A stretch of 32,000 nucleotides of DNA from contig JAJXYO010000062.1 of assembly GCA_021780495.1 (NCBI GenBank), positions 86,302-118,301 of the forward strand. Direction: 5' to 3'. Below are positions 16,905 through 26,962 of the stretch, piece by piece. The notes under the pieces are model-generated. The model saw nothing but the letters and a program-made list of their open reading frames with translations. It ran no database searches and was not told the origin of the DNA. The position numbers were made by a program, and so were the translations under genes. The stretch is from Deltaproteobacteria bacterium (GTDB lineage Bacteria > Desulfobacterota > Desulfuromonadia > Geobacterales > Pseudopelobacteraceae). The first letter of the stretch is position 1. Every line of letters starts with the position of its first letter.

Positions 16905-18278
16905 CTACTGAGTCACCGCTGGATATCGGTGTCCTCCAGAATGGGACCCCCTCACCAGGTCCACAGACTCATCTTTCAACGCTGCGTCAATAACAGCATC
17001 GCAGACATCTTCAACAAAATAAGCACCATATCGTGTAAGCCGTATTGAGTCGGAATCCTGGGTGATGCACCCAAAATCACTAAGTTTCGCCAGCAACTGT
17101 CCAAAAACATCAAGAGCACATTCACCATACATACCCTGAAAGTGGTTGGTATCAAGTCCACTCTTCAGTTGCAGTCCCAGCATGAGTGTACGGTACATCC
17201 GCTCTCTCTTCGTAAGGGGGATATATCTGCCAATCGGGAGGATCCCTTTACCTATCATTCGGTTATAGGTTGAGAGATCTTCATGTTTGTCGTAGCAGAT
17301 TGTCTTGGTATAGGATCTTGTGCGCGAGCCGAAAGCAATGATAGGCATCTCATTCAACCAATGGTATCGGTAGCCCCACTGTTTGTCGTCGCTGAATCTG
17401 CCGTTTTGTTCATAGCCAAGATTCTCCATCCATTCCTGAGTGATGTACACCATTTCAAAAAGGGTATCATCCTCAACGATAAGATCAGGCCGGGCCTTAT
17501 ACAGTTTGACGACAAGCGGGTTAACAATTTCGTGCCTGATATATTCAACCGCATTCGGACGTATTTTTTCCAGAATCTCAAGATCCGTCCTCACACTTGC
17601 GATAGTCTGGCCAGGAAGTCCAGTCATCATGTCAATATTGATAGCTAAGCCATGCTTCTGCGCGGTCGTGACAATTTGTTGTATCTGGGCTGGGGTGTTA
17701 CTTCTGTTACAGTGGATGAGAATTTCAGGATCGAATGTTTGACAGCCGATACTGATTCTGTTGATGCCTATTTCAGCCAGTTCTGCTATCCGTTTTTCAC
17801 TGCTGATCGTTAAGGGATGGGCTTCAGAGGTAATATTACAATTCTCAGACAGTTCGATCGACGATCTGATTTTATCGATTACAAGCTTGAGATCACCGTT
17901 AGAAAAAGAGGTCGGCGTCCCTCCCCCGAAGTAGATGCATTTAGCCTTTTTGCCCTCAAAAAGACCATATTCCGAAAAAAACTCAATTTCCTTAAGCAAA
18001 TGTTGTAGATAATTCTGCTGGATTTCCTTATCTACTTTGAGCGGGAATGAATTACAAAAAAAGCACTCTGAAAAGCAGAATGGAAGATGGAAATAGAGAA
18101 GGATTTCTTGCTCGTCCTTGATGCTTTCTTTCAGAGTCTCGACAAATGAATCAACCTGTGAAGGGGCAAGCATCTTGAAATGATGGGGAACGAAAAGATC
18201 TGGCTGGTTTTTGGTGTAATTGGACGAACCATAGAATAATTCATTTCTGATTTTGCTCAGAGTTGCAGTAAGTTCCAT
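16905..18278 (-). CDS. HemN/HemW-like (coproporphyrinogen III oxidase family) radical SAM protein
   Basis: 457 aa; 'LYFHLPFCFSECFFCNSFP' (CxxxCxxC), 'AKCIYFGGGTPTSF', 'GLPGQTIASVRTDLEIL'. Confidence 0.87.
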   Translation of the reverse strand: MELTATLSKIRNELFYGSSNYTKNQPDLFVPHHFKMLAPSQVDSFVETLKESIKDEQEILLYFHLPFCFSECFFCNSFPLKVDKEIQQNYLQHLLKEIEFFSEYGLFEGKKAKCIYFGGGTPTSFSNGDLKLVIDKIRSSIELSENCNITSEAHPLTISSEKRIAELAEIGINRISIGCQTFDPEILIHCNRSNTPAQIQQIVTTAQKHGLAINIDMMTGLPGQTIASVRTDLEILEKIRPNAVEYIRHEIVNPLVVKLYKARPDLIVEDDTLFEMVYITQEWMENLGYEQNGRFSDDKQWGYRYHWLNEMPIIAFGSRTRSYTKTICYDKHEDLSTYNRMIGKGILPIGRYIPLTKRERMYRTLMLGLQLKSGLDTNHFQGMYGECALDVFGQLLAKLSDFGCITQDSDSIRLTRYGAYFVEDVCDAVIDAALKDESVDLVRGSHSGGHRYPAVTQ

Positions 18279-18567
18279 ATCTATTAATTCCTGTCAGTTG
18301 CTGCTTTCTTATAATGATCGCTGTTTAAGGTAGTTCTAAGGCTTGAAAACATTTCGGGAGTGATCACCAGTTATAAGTTTGAAAGCACTTTCTGTCAATC
18401 AGCATTTAAAATCCAGGTTTCATTTGACATTTCAACTTAAATTGTCAGCGAATAACAATTACGTCCCTATCAATGAATTCGGATCTGATATTGCCTTGAC
18501 GGACAAATAGTTGGATGATATTTATTAAAGATTCTAGAAATGAAATCCAGGTTCAGATGGGACTACT

Positions 18568-19185
18568 GTGCGCAGCTTGCAAAGAAAATTTTACATAAAG
18601 ACCATGCTTAGAATCATCATTTACTCGATAATCCTTTTTTCATCATATCACGCATATGCTGCTGAAAACAATCGGGTCACCACGTCACCAGGAGAATTTG
18701 CCCTACTCAGTGGATATGGTATTACTCACAGGGGGTATGGAGCCACCCGGACCCAGGTGCAGACGTACGACATCATCCTCAGGTATGGTCACTTTCTCTC
18801 TGGCGAGCTCGGCACAGGTCACTGGTACCAGGGGCGGCACGAAGTGTTATTAGAGTTGCCATACCATCTTGCAGTTGACCATAACGGTCGTTCCATGGTT
18901 GGAGGAACAATTCTGGGGAGTTGGAAGTTTACGGGATCCGATCAGATTACACCATTCCTTTTCGCGGGGGGTGGAGTTCTCTTCGTTGACCTGGGATTGC
19001 CCAGTATGGGCAGCCGGCTAAATGGTAGCTACCAATTTGGTGGGGGCATCCAGCATCTCATCAACGAAAATCTGGCATTCAATGGTGAATACCGTTTCCA
19101 TCATATATCCAATCTCAATACAGCTTCACCGAATGAACCTCTCAACTCAAGTAAAGTGCTTTTCGGCTTTTCATATTTCAGATAA
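18568..19185 (+). CDS. PagL-like acyloxyacyl hydrolase/lipid A deacylase family outer-membrane protein
   Basis: 205 aa, signal peptide (likely start MLRIIIYS near 18604), C-terminal 'FNGEYRFHHISNLNTASPNEPLNSSKVLFGFSYFR' with H-x-S-N. Confidence 0.72.
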   Translation: MRSLQRKFYIKTMLRIIIYSIILFSSYHAYAAENNRVTTSPGEFALLSGYGITHRGYGATRTQVQTYDIILRYGHFLSGELGTGHWYQGRHEVLLELPYHLAVDHNGRSMVGGTILGSWKFTGSDQITPFLFAGGGVLFVDLGLPSMGSRLNGSYQFGGGIQHLINENLAFNGEYRFHHISNLNTASPNEPLNSSKVLFGFSYFR

Positions 19186-19244
19186 ATGAGATATCATTTC
19201 AAAATCTCTACCAACTCCCAAATAGAGCCAAATCCCTTTCAAGC

Positions 19245-19976
19245 ATGAAATATTTATTCTTCATACTACTAATAACAGGAACACTTGTTTCAGGTTATGC
19301 CTCAGAAGGCCATTGCAAGACAGTGGTTTTCTTTATCGGGGGCTGGAGAATGACTCACGAACAGATGGAATCGTTCTCCAGATCGGTTCCCGATTCAAAA
19401 AAAGTCAAATTCCGTTTGCCTGAAGCCCTGTCGGAACTTGTAAGGCCATGGCATTGCGCAAATTTGGTTTATAGCTATATCAAGACAAACCATCTTTCGG
19501 AAGAGGATTTAATAATAGTTTCTTTTTCTCTTGGGGGGACGGTTGCCCAGTGGCTTTTAAGCGATCACCCGGAACTTCATGTAAAAAGGTTGATTCTGGT
19601 AGGTTCCCCGGTTGGAGGCTACAAGTTTATCCCTCCCAACAATTTTTTTTCAAACAGCTTTCCGAAGGATTTACCAATATATGTGATCGCAGGGAACAAG
19701 AGCCAGGATGTCTGGTTTCTTCGGCATGAAAATGATGGCGTGGTGGACCTTGAAAGCGCCCTCGATATACCTGATAACAATCTGAAAGATACTGCCGTTT
19801 TTTATGCCAACCACACAGAACTGGAAGAAATGCCAGAAGTACAGGCACAGATATCAACATGGCTTAATCTTCATCAAGAGCCGGAACCCAATGTTCTAGC
19901 GGTAAATAACGGACACTTGAACCCATCAACTGATGTTGACCGGATTCATCCGCTCCCCCCCGAATACCCTAATTAA
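19245..19976 (+). CDS. Secreted alpha/beta hydrolase-fold protein
   Basis: 243 aa; signal peptide; 'EEDLIIVSFSLGGTVAQWLL' nucleophile-elbow-like, 'RLILVGSPVGG'. Confidence 0.65.
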   Translation: MKYLFFILLITGTLVSGYASEGHCKTVVFFIGGWRMTHEQMESFSRSVPDSKKVKFRLPEALSELVRPWHCANLVYSYIKTNHLSEEDLIIVSFSLGGTVAQWLLSDHPELHVKRLILVGSPVGGYKFIPPNNFFSNSFPKDLPIYVIAGNKSQDVWFLRHENDGVVDLESALDIPDNNLKDTAVFYANHTELEEMPEVQAQISTWLNLHQEPEPNVLAVNNGHLNPSTDVDRIHPLPPEYPN

Positions 19977-20119
19977 CAGGCAGCAGTACAATCTGCAAAA
20001 CTGTCACCAGAACAGAGCTTTATGGTAGCATTGGCCTCGCAATCAAGGTATAACACACTAATATCAAGTCCGGTCACCACTGTACCCATTAGTTCATTCC
20101 ATACCAGGAGATACTCGCC

Positions 20120-20599
20120 ATGTTTGGGAAAAAAGCCTTATTGCAAGAAGCGGAGATAGCCATCAGACAACAGCAGGAACAGCTTGATCGCTATAAGCGG
20201 CAATACGAGAAGCAACAGGACTATATCGAGGGGTTATACGATGTTATTGGTGACCTGTCACGTCAGCTCGGTTCCGTGCTGAAAAAAGACAACCTTGAGC
20301 GCCTGCAGAACAACCCCTTCCTGGAAGAAAACAGCAATTTTTTTCTCGACCTGCACGCGCTTTTTAGCTCAAAAATCAAAAAAGGCCAGAACGTTACCTG
20401 TTATTTTGGAAAAGAGCTGAGCGAGATCAATCGAAAATTCCAAGAAAGGGATTTCAAAAACGGCAAATTGATACACCTGACAGAGCGCTTTACACTCGAA
20501 GATTTGCGAAAACTCTTCAAAGACTGGATGTGGAAAAAACCGCTTGAAGAAGGATTGTCAGCGATACGAAAAGAAAGAGAACTTGATTCCAACTCATGA
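20120..20599 (+). CDS. Hypothetical protein with N-terminal coiled-coil-like region
   Basis: 159 aa complete ORF; Q/E/K-rich start 'EAEIAIRQQQEQLDRYKRQYEKQQDYIEGLYDVIGDL'; no family recognised. Confidence 0.6.
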   Translation: MFGKKALLQEAEIAIRQQQEQLDRYKRQYEKQQDYIEGLYDVIGDLSRQLGSVLKKDNLERLQNNPFLEENSNFFLDLHALFSSKIKKGQNVTCYFGKELSEINRKFQERDFKNGKLIHLTERFTLEDLRKLFKDWMWKKPLEEGLSAIRKERELDSNS

Positions 20600-20637
20600 C
20601 ATTCCCACACCAATCACTGAATCTGCCGTGCCGCTGC

Positions 20638-22779
20638 CTACTTCAGACCATATAACTGCCGGTAGGTTGCAGCCGATGCATAGACCTTTTTGACGTAATC
20701 CCGCGTTTCCTGATACGGTATGCTCTCGATAAACTCATCCTTCTTCAATCCTTTCAATCCTTTTCTCCAGCGATTCACGGTAGCAGTACCAGCGTTGTAC
20801 GCAGCTATCGAGTAAACGACTTCCCCATCGAATGCTTTCAGCAAACCACGGAAATGACTCGTACCCAGTCTGATATTGTAGTCCGGAATGACGAGATTCT
20901 GAGGGTTGAACGTTCTTTTTTCACCTGAGGCGGCCTTGGCGGTAGCCGGCATCAGTTGCATCAACCCGATTGCGCCGACATGCGATTTAATCGCAGGAGA
21001 AAAACCACTCTCAGCCCGGATCAGGGCGTAGATCAAGCCTTCGGAAAGCTTATTTGTTGCAGTATACCGGGCAACCGGCGCGTTATACACCAACGGATAG
21101 CCCGCAGACCAAAGCGGCAGACTGGCGGAATCCCATTTCACCGACCGATTCTGGATAAACAGGGTTATTGCCGAACGATAGTCCTTCATCTCCAGATACG
21201 TGCGGGCCAGACCGGGAATGAGGGATTTCTTGTCACCGGCTTTTTTCCTGGCTGCCACCATTTCCGTACGAGACTCTGCCGTCATCCCCAATAACGCCAG
21301 CAGCCGGGGCTTGTCAAAACCAGTTATTCGCGGCAAATCCACGGCAGCACTGCGCGACCCCAATGGTTCACGCATATCCCTGATGCCCTTTTGATCGCGG
21401 TACCAGGTAGCATAAAATCCAGACGGGTAGCCCACCAACAATATGTGGTAATAATAATCCGCATCCCCGCTGCCGGTATTCTCCAAAGCCCGGGCCAGCC
21501 AGTAGGTGACTTTTTCCCGCATGGATTCAACCTTCAATAGCGGTTTGAACATTTCTACTGCAAGAGCATACTCACCGGCAAGATAATGGCACCAGCCGGA
21601 TTGCCATGCCGCCCTAGAAATAAATTTTGATTTGGGGAAACACGTGGCGACCTGCGCAAACAGGCGTGCCGCTTCACGATACCTACCCTGGCTCCGACGC
21701 AATCCAGCCGCTTCCATCAAGGCAACATCGGCAAATTCCTGTTTTTTACCTTCATCGGCCAAATCCATATATTGTTCATAGGCCTGCTCACTCTTGTTCT
21801 GACGTTCCAGCGTCTTGGCCAGCCAGAAACGGGCCTTGGAACCGATTCCTGGAAGCATGCTGCCGGATGCCTCAACCAGATTCTTCTCCGCCTCTTTCCA
21901 GTTTCTCAGGCCATAGCATGCCATGCCGGACCGCAGTGCAATGCGGGCAGCAATAGACGGTGTCCGCCCTTCTATGGGGATTGACCTTAGCACCAGTAGC
22001 GCGCTGGAATAGGCATGTTGGGAGGCAAGCGTCGCGGCCCGCCGGAGGAGTTCTTCAGAGGTATAGGGCAGGCTTTTTACGCCTATTTTTTCAAGCTCTT
22101 TGAGTCGTTCCCGACACTTCGACGACTGTCCTGACATAGGATTGTTCAGCCAGATCGTGCGATATATCAGAGCGCTACCATCCTTGTCACCTGTTTCCTC
22201 CCGACATCGTGCCAGCTGATAAAGAGCATCGACAGAATCGGAGCCTGCAGGATATTTTTCTACAAACACCTGATAAGCCTTGAGAGCAGCTGCATAATTA
22301 CCGGCATCATACAGTATGTCGGCATAGTATTTTTCCGCTCGGCGGATCAATAGCGATGTCGGGTATTTCTTTGCTATGGAAGCTGCTTTAGCTGCAGCTT
22401 CAGGGTATCTTTTAAGTTTCAGCAGTGCTTCGACCTGATACAGAGCGGCATAATCGCCTATAAGCGGCAGTTTTGATTCCGCTTCTGCCAGTAGTGGCAA
22501 ACTGTCACCAGCCTGATCCATACTTAGCATCGCAACACCAAGCAAAAAAGTGCGCTGTGGAGATGCTGCCGCATTCTTCGCAAGACGAGTCGCTTCAGCA
22601 TAATCCTTATTACGATATTGAGCCGCAGCCTGGTCAAGCAGGGTGTCAGCAGCAAAGGAGACAGATGCCAGAGAACAGATAAATATGATTGTTATTGTGA
22701 ATACCGACAACTTTTCAGAGAGATGCAAGATCCAACCTTCCTTTCGCAAAAATGGCCTTGGGCACACGCCTTTGGCCAT
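20638..22779 (-). CDS. Soluble lytic murein transglycosylase with N-terminal TPR-like repeats
   Basis: 713 aa; 'GLIYALIRAESGFSPAIKSHVGAIGLMQLMPATAK', 'YSIAAYNAGTATVNRW'. Likely start internal near 'LSVFTITIIFICSLASVSFA'. Confidence 0.93.
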   Translation of the reverse strand: MAKGVCPRPFLRKEGWILHLSEKLSVFTITIIFICSLASVSFAADTLLDQAAAQYRNKDYAEATRLAKNAAASPQRTFLLGVAMLSMDQAGDSLPLLAEAESKLPLIGDYAALYQVEALLKLKRYPEAAAKAASIAKKYPTSLLIRRAEKYYADILYDAGNYAAALKAYQVFVEKYPAGSDSVDALYQLARCREETGDKDGSALIYRTIWLNNPMSGQSSKCRERLKELEKIGVKSLPYTSEELLRRAATLASQHAYSSALLVLRSIPIEGRTPSIAARIALRSGMACYGLRNWKEAEKNLVEASGSMLPGIGSKARFWLAKTLERQNKSEQAYEQYMDLADEGKKQEFADVALMEAAGLRRSQGRYREAARLFAQVATCFPKSKFISRAAWQSGWCHYLAGEYALAVEMFKPLLKVESMREKVTYWLARALENTGSGDADYYYHILLVGYPSGFYATWYRDQKGIRDMREPLGSRSAAVDLPRITGFDKPRLLALLGMTAESRTEMVAARKKAGDKKSLIPGLARTYLEMKDYRSAITLFIQNRSVKWDSASLPLWSAGYPLVYNAPVARYTATNKLSEGLIYALIRAESGFSPAIKSHVGAIGLMQLMPATAKAASGEKRTFNPQNLVIPDYNIRLGTSHFRGLLKAFDGEVVYSIAAYNAGTATVNRWRKGLKGLKKDEFIESIPYQETRDYVKKVYASAATYRQLYGLK

Positions 22780-22861
22780 TACAATGATTCACTCTGTGCT
22801 CAGTGAGGATTCGGAAGCTCGTTCATCAGCTTAAATACATTCACAGGGTATCTGCGTCGCG

Positions 22862-23122
22862 TCACCACTTTCTCTTAGCCAACTCTTCCTGATAATACTT
22901 ATGATACAGGATATCCCAGTCTCGACTGCCGGGAACTTTTGTCTTCAGTTTGACACGTACCGTCTCTTCAATTTCATCTGCTACATGAAAATAAGCGGCC
23001 AACGACTCTTTGATACGTTCCAGAGCACGCCGTTCATCAGTCCAGTCTGCCAGATCGTCGCGCCAGATGCGCTCCATGATCTTGTGAGCCAGATGGGATA
23101 CCCGGTCTTCAGAGATACTCAT
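22862..23122 (-). CDS. DUF507 family protein
   Basis: 86 aa; 'MSISEDRVSHLAHKIMERIW...DILYHKYYQEE'. Confidence 0.78.
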   Translation of the reverse strand: MSISEDRVSHLAHKIMERIWRDDLADWTDERRALERIKESLAAYFHVADEIEETVRVKLKTKVPGSRDWDILYHKYYQEELAKRKW

Positions 23123-23129
23123 AGGTCCC

Positions 23130-23417
23130 TCATAATACGATCTTCCGCTCTTTTGCCAGCCTGTCCTTGATCATTCTGAGCATCTTGCGGCGGTCGATAT
23201 CAGCGGTAGCGCGACCCAGTCCAGCGATGGTCTCATTCAGCAGCCGTTCAGCATCACGCTCCAGTGCTTGCTCACCGGACATATCCAGAGAAATGGCTTT
23301 CGATATCCCTTCAACAACGGCTCCTCGTTCGCGGCGAGGCGTTATCAGGCCGGCAGCGGACAGATCGTTGTAGACCTTCTCGGACAAGCGCTGTATCTGT
23401 TCTTCTTTTAATCGCAT
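23130..23417 (-). CDS. DUF507 family protein
   Basis: 95 aa; 'MRLKEEQIQRLSEKVYNDLSAAGLI'; adjacent to a second DUF507-like ORF. Confidence 0.78.
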   Translation of the reverse strand: MRLKEEQIQRLSEKVYNDLSAAGLITPRRERGAVVEGISKAISLDMSGEQALERDAERLLNETIAGLGRATADIDRRKMLRMIKDRLAKERKIVL

Positions 23418-23814
23418 GGAGCCTCAAATCAATAAGACCGCCTTCCGGCAGGCCTTTTGCAATGCCTCGAACTGATTAATTTGCCTCTATCTGAAATTCC
23501 GTTATTTTACCTGTTCCAGTTTAAATTGCAATCCAGAACATCACAAAAACACTAATATCCTTGAATTGTTATAAACACTCCCTGTTTATGTAAATTCGGG
23601 ATCGGATTGGTGATTGCCAGTCTTTGAGGACTGTTGTTAACGACGATGCCGGCCGTGCCCGGCAATAGTCACATAAATTAAGTTGATTACAACGTAAGTT
23701 ATCCCGATGGTGTCAATTCTGTAGCGCTAGCAAACGTATTATGATTAGATGAAGAAACCGGCTCAATGCCGTTAGCGTATCGTTCTTAGTGCAGTTGTCA
23801 ATAAAAGGTACATA

Positions 23815-24963
23815 ATGTTCACACGCCTCTATATCCATATACCCTTCTGTCAAAAGAAATGCCCTTACTGCGCTTTTTTCTCACAGGAGCACACGGCCGA
23901 AAGCCTCAGCGAATACGCAGGACTGCTGTGTACGGAGATGAACCTCGTCGCGCAGAATTCAGCCTCGCAGCACAAGTTGGACTCCATATATTTCGGAGGC
24001 GGTACCCCCTCACTGATGAATTCCCGTCAGCTGGCACGCTTGATTGAGCAGGCTGAACAGCTCTTTGGACTGGCCGCTCAGGCTGAGATAACTCTGGAGG
24101 CCAATCCGGGTACTGTTGACTATCACAAACTGGCTGATTTCCGCAGGGCCGGGATCAACCGGCTGTCTGTGGGTGTTCAATCTTTTGACGACCAGATGCT
24201 GGCAACACTCGGCCGTATCCACACGGCTCAAGAGGCAAAGAAATCTTTTGCAGCGGCACGTCAGGCAAATTTCAATAATATCGGCATCGATCTGATCAAT
24301 TCTTTGCCGGGCCAGACACGGGAAATGTGGCAAACCGATCTGGAGCAGGCCTTGCAACTTGCCCCTGAACATATTTCGGTCTATGGGCTAACCATAGAAG
24401 ATGATACCAGATTCGCAGAACAGTATACCGAAGGCAGTATGCTGCTCCCTGACGAGGATTTGTCAGCAGAGATGTTTGAAGCGGCGGACGATCGGCTTGG
24501 CTCCCATGGCTATGAGCACTACGAGATCGCCAACTACGCACGGCCAGGATTTCGCAGTCACCACAACAGCGGATATTGGCATAGAGATGGTTATCTGGGG
24601 GTGGGAACCGGAGCCCATTCGTACTTGCGAGACACGGGCTATGGCACCCGCTTTAGTAATGTCGCGAATTTTGATACATATGCTCAGACACTGTGCAAAG
24701 GAAAATTGCCGCGCATTGACATATCGGATCTAACTCGCGAAGACGCGATGGCCGAATATATGTTTCTGGGGCTGCGCATGTCAGATGGAATTGTCATTAA
24801 ATCCTTCGAGAAGGAATTCGGGATGCAACTCAACGATGTCTATGGGCAGGCATTGGACGTATTGAAATTCCAGCAGTTGTTGACAACCGACCCAGCTGCA
24901 GTTCGTCTCACCCGTCGCGGCATGCTGCTCTCCAACCAGGTATTCCGACACTTCCTGCCATGA
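23815..24963 (+). CDS. hemW: Radical SAM family heme chaperone HemW
   Basis: 382 aa; 'LYIHIPFCQKKCPYCAFFS', 'IYFGGGTPSL', 'SVGVQSFDDQMLATLGRIH', 'GTGAHSY'. Confidence 0.92.
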   Translation: MFTRLYIHIPFCQKKCPYCAFFSQEHTAESLSEYAGLLCTEMNLVAQNSASQHKLDSIYFGGGTPSLMNSRQLARLIEQAEQLFGLAAQAEITLEANPGTVDYHKLADFRRAGINRLSVGVQSFDDQMLATLGRIHTAQEAKKSFAAARQANFNNIGIDLINSLPGQTREMWQTDLEQALQLAPEHISVYGLTIEDDTRFAEQYTEGSMLLPDEDLSAEMFEAADDRLGSHGYEHYEIANYARPGFRSHHNSGYWHRDGYLGVGTGAHSYLRDTGYGTRFSNVANFDTYAQTLCKGKLPRIDISDLTREDAMAEYMFLGLRMSDGIVIKSFEKEFGMQLNDVYGQALDVLKFQQLLTTDPAAVRLTRRGMLLSNQVFRHFLP

Positions 24964-25141
24964 TCAGCTGCCATGCTTGCTAACGAATGACCATCTTGTG
25001 AGTGAAGCAGCTGCAGGTATTAAATATTTGCACACATAACCAACTGATTGTATGCGATTAAAGCAGTTCAGCCCGACGAACAACAAAAATAGTTATTGAC
25101 TATAACAGACAGGTCGGCTATAAACATGTTTCTTCAATTGT

Positions 25142-25218
<77 letters not shown>

Positions 25219-25228
25219 AACAATCACA

Positions 25229-25257
25229 GGGGTCTACAGCGATGTAGCCCCCTTTTT
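25229..25257 (+). terminator. Rho-independent terminator after the tRNA
   Basis: GGGGTCTACA-GCGA-TGTAGCCCC (one bulged T) followed by a T run. Confidence 0.75.
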
Positions 25258-25346
25258 CATGCCCTGACGTTGAGCTGGGCTCACAAGACTACAACGCCTG
25301 AAGAGGCCGCCGAGAAGCACTTATGCGAAGTACCTTCTTCGCCGTT

Positions 25347-25841
25347 TCACAACCAACCGAGGCGCTTGCACGCGCCGTAGACAAGGTAAACCCCTACGCC
25401 AGAGACAAACAGGCCGAAGAAGAGACGTAGATGGGGACCCTTCATCTGGTTCGCTAGGAATGCGCCTCCCCAGGCGCCAACAAACATGGTTGCTGCGACA
25501 ATCATTGCCGCTCTGAGATCCACATTCCCGCTCCGATAATATTCAAAAGTCGCTGCGAGTCCAATCGGTGGGAGCAACACAGCCAGACTGGTTCCTGTTG
25601 CCTTATGCTGTGAAAATCCGGCCCAGTAGATCAGAGCCGGAACAATGACGATCCCGCCACCAACACCAAACAGACCGGATGACACCCCCCCAATCAGACC
25701 GATGATTACGAATATAATCCATTGAGGCACCAGAAAATCCTCCGTTCGATCTATATACACCGCTTGATGTGTAATCAGATTCCTAGCCTGACCACCAATG
25801 CAGCTTCTGAGCCGTCGCCAGTAACTGCACACAATAAACAA
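25347..25841 (-). CDS. Small TauE/SafE-like (DUF81) sulfite exporter family protein, half-size
   Basis: 164 aa; 'GLIGGVSSGLFGVGGGIVIVPALIYWAG', 'ATGTSLAVLLPP'. Start probably at the GTG of 'VPQWIIFV'. Confidence 0.85.
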   Translation of the reverse strand: MFIVCSYWRRLRSCIGGQARNLITHQAVYIDRTEDFLVPQWIIFVIIGLIGGVSSGLFGVGGGIVIVPALIYWAGFSQHKATGTSLAVLLPPIGLAATFEYYRSGNVDLRAAMIVAATMFVGAWGGAFLANQMKGPHLRLFFGLFVSGVGVYLVYGACKRLGWL

Positions 25842-25849
25842 ATCTATCC

Positions 25850-26179
25850 TTAAATTATCTCATACACGATGAGTCCACAGATCAGCGCCATCATTGACAG
25901 AGCAAAAATAAAAAGGTAGTCAGCGATATTTGTCAACAATTCCTTTTGGCTGAGACGACTACCCATTTTCAAGGCTATGTAGGAAAGAATACAACAAAAG
26001 AGAAACAGAAATGCATCGAGGGCCAGTAATTCCTCCCCAAAATGAGACGTCCGGGCACCTCCTAAATGTCGCATTATCCCTATGACGGTCAAACAAACGC
26101 CAACCAGAGTTGCCGAAACTGTAAAGATATGGATTGTAAGGTCAAGCTCAACAAATGCCTTCGATGGTTCATGTGACAT
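25850..26179 (-). CDS. Small integral membrane protein, hypothetical
   Basis: 109 aa with three hydrophobic segments; ends close to the next gene. Confidence 0.65.
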   Translation of the reverse strand: MSHEPSKAFVELDLTIHIFTVSATLVGVCLTVIGIMRHLGGARTSHFGEELLALDAFLFLFCCILSYIALKMGSRLSQKELLTNIADYLFIFALSMMALICGLIVYEII

Positions 26180-26353
26180 AACAGCGCCTAAGTGGTGTGA
26201 GTAGATTAAATCTTATTGCGACAAAAATAATTCGTTATTTAAAGGTACATTTTTTTGTAATGTCCATTAAAAACAGCAGGTATCAAGCCTTGTGGATTTC
26301 TGTGACAACGGCATCCGCAGATCACAACGGGAAACAGTTGCTTGGCAATACGT

Positions 26354-26959
26354 TCATAGCTCCCGCCCGGTAAATTGGATGAACCGATTCAAGGATTCCC
26401 TGACCTTGTCAAGTAGACCGTCATCTACATTCCACCATTTTGCCGCAGCATCAGGAGACCATATTTGTTCGATTGAATTAATCGCAATATTTTGACGCGT
26501 ATCAATCTGGCCATATTTTGCCGTAACTCCACAACAGAGAGCTCTTTTCCATTCGTCCTCATTGCCTTGGTTCCATGTTTCCTTATACTCTTGAAAAGTC
26601 AATTTCCCGCCAAAATTCATCTCACTTACATCTATTGCAGAAGCACTGCCCTGGCTATCCCTATGTACCTTTTCAACATAGGCAACATGCCAGTATTTAC
26701 CGAGATCGAATATGGCAACATCGCCTGCTGCAACTTTGGAGATTTCCTCGTTTTTGAGGGTAGTGATTTCAGCAACAGAATTTGGGATTGGAAATGTCGC
26801 GATCTTGGTTTTTACATAATCGACACAATAACCACCCCGTTTGACCCAATCATCACAGTTGCAACCGGCACAACTGTTTTTACTTACCATTACCAGGGCA
26901 AAGATTATAATTATTTCAAGACAACGTTTCATATCATCTTCACCACTCTCCTTTACCAA
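26354..26959 (-). CDS. Secreted CHAP/NlpC-P60-like cysteine hydrolase candidate
   Basis: 201 aa; signal peptide; 'GGYCVDYVKTK', 'VAAGDVAIFDLGKYWHVAYVEKV' look like the Cys and His parts of a CHAP fold. Confidence 0.5.
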   Translation of the reverse strand: MVKESGEDDMKRCLEIIIIFALVMVSKNSCAGCNCDDWVKRGGYCVDYVKTKIATFPIPNSVAEITTLKNEEISKVAAGDVAIFDLGKYWHVAYVEKVHRDSQGSASAIDVSEMNFGGKLTFQEYKETWNQGNEDEWKRALCCGVTAKYGQIDTRQNIAINSIEQIWSPDAAAKWWNVDDGLLDKVRESLNRFIQFTGREL

Positions 26960-26962
26960 TAA

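Noticed and set aside
23815-24963. HemW as another pathway radical SAM enzyme
   Set aside because: Motifs fit canonical HemW and its neighbours (DUF507, initiator tRNA) look like housekeeping context.
26492-26962. 156 aa plus-strand ORF opposite the CHAP-like gene
   Set aside because: The minus-strand frame has a signal peptide and plausible catalytic motifs; the plus-strand translation shows no recognisable domain.
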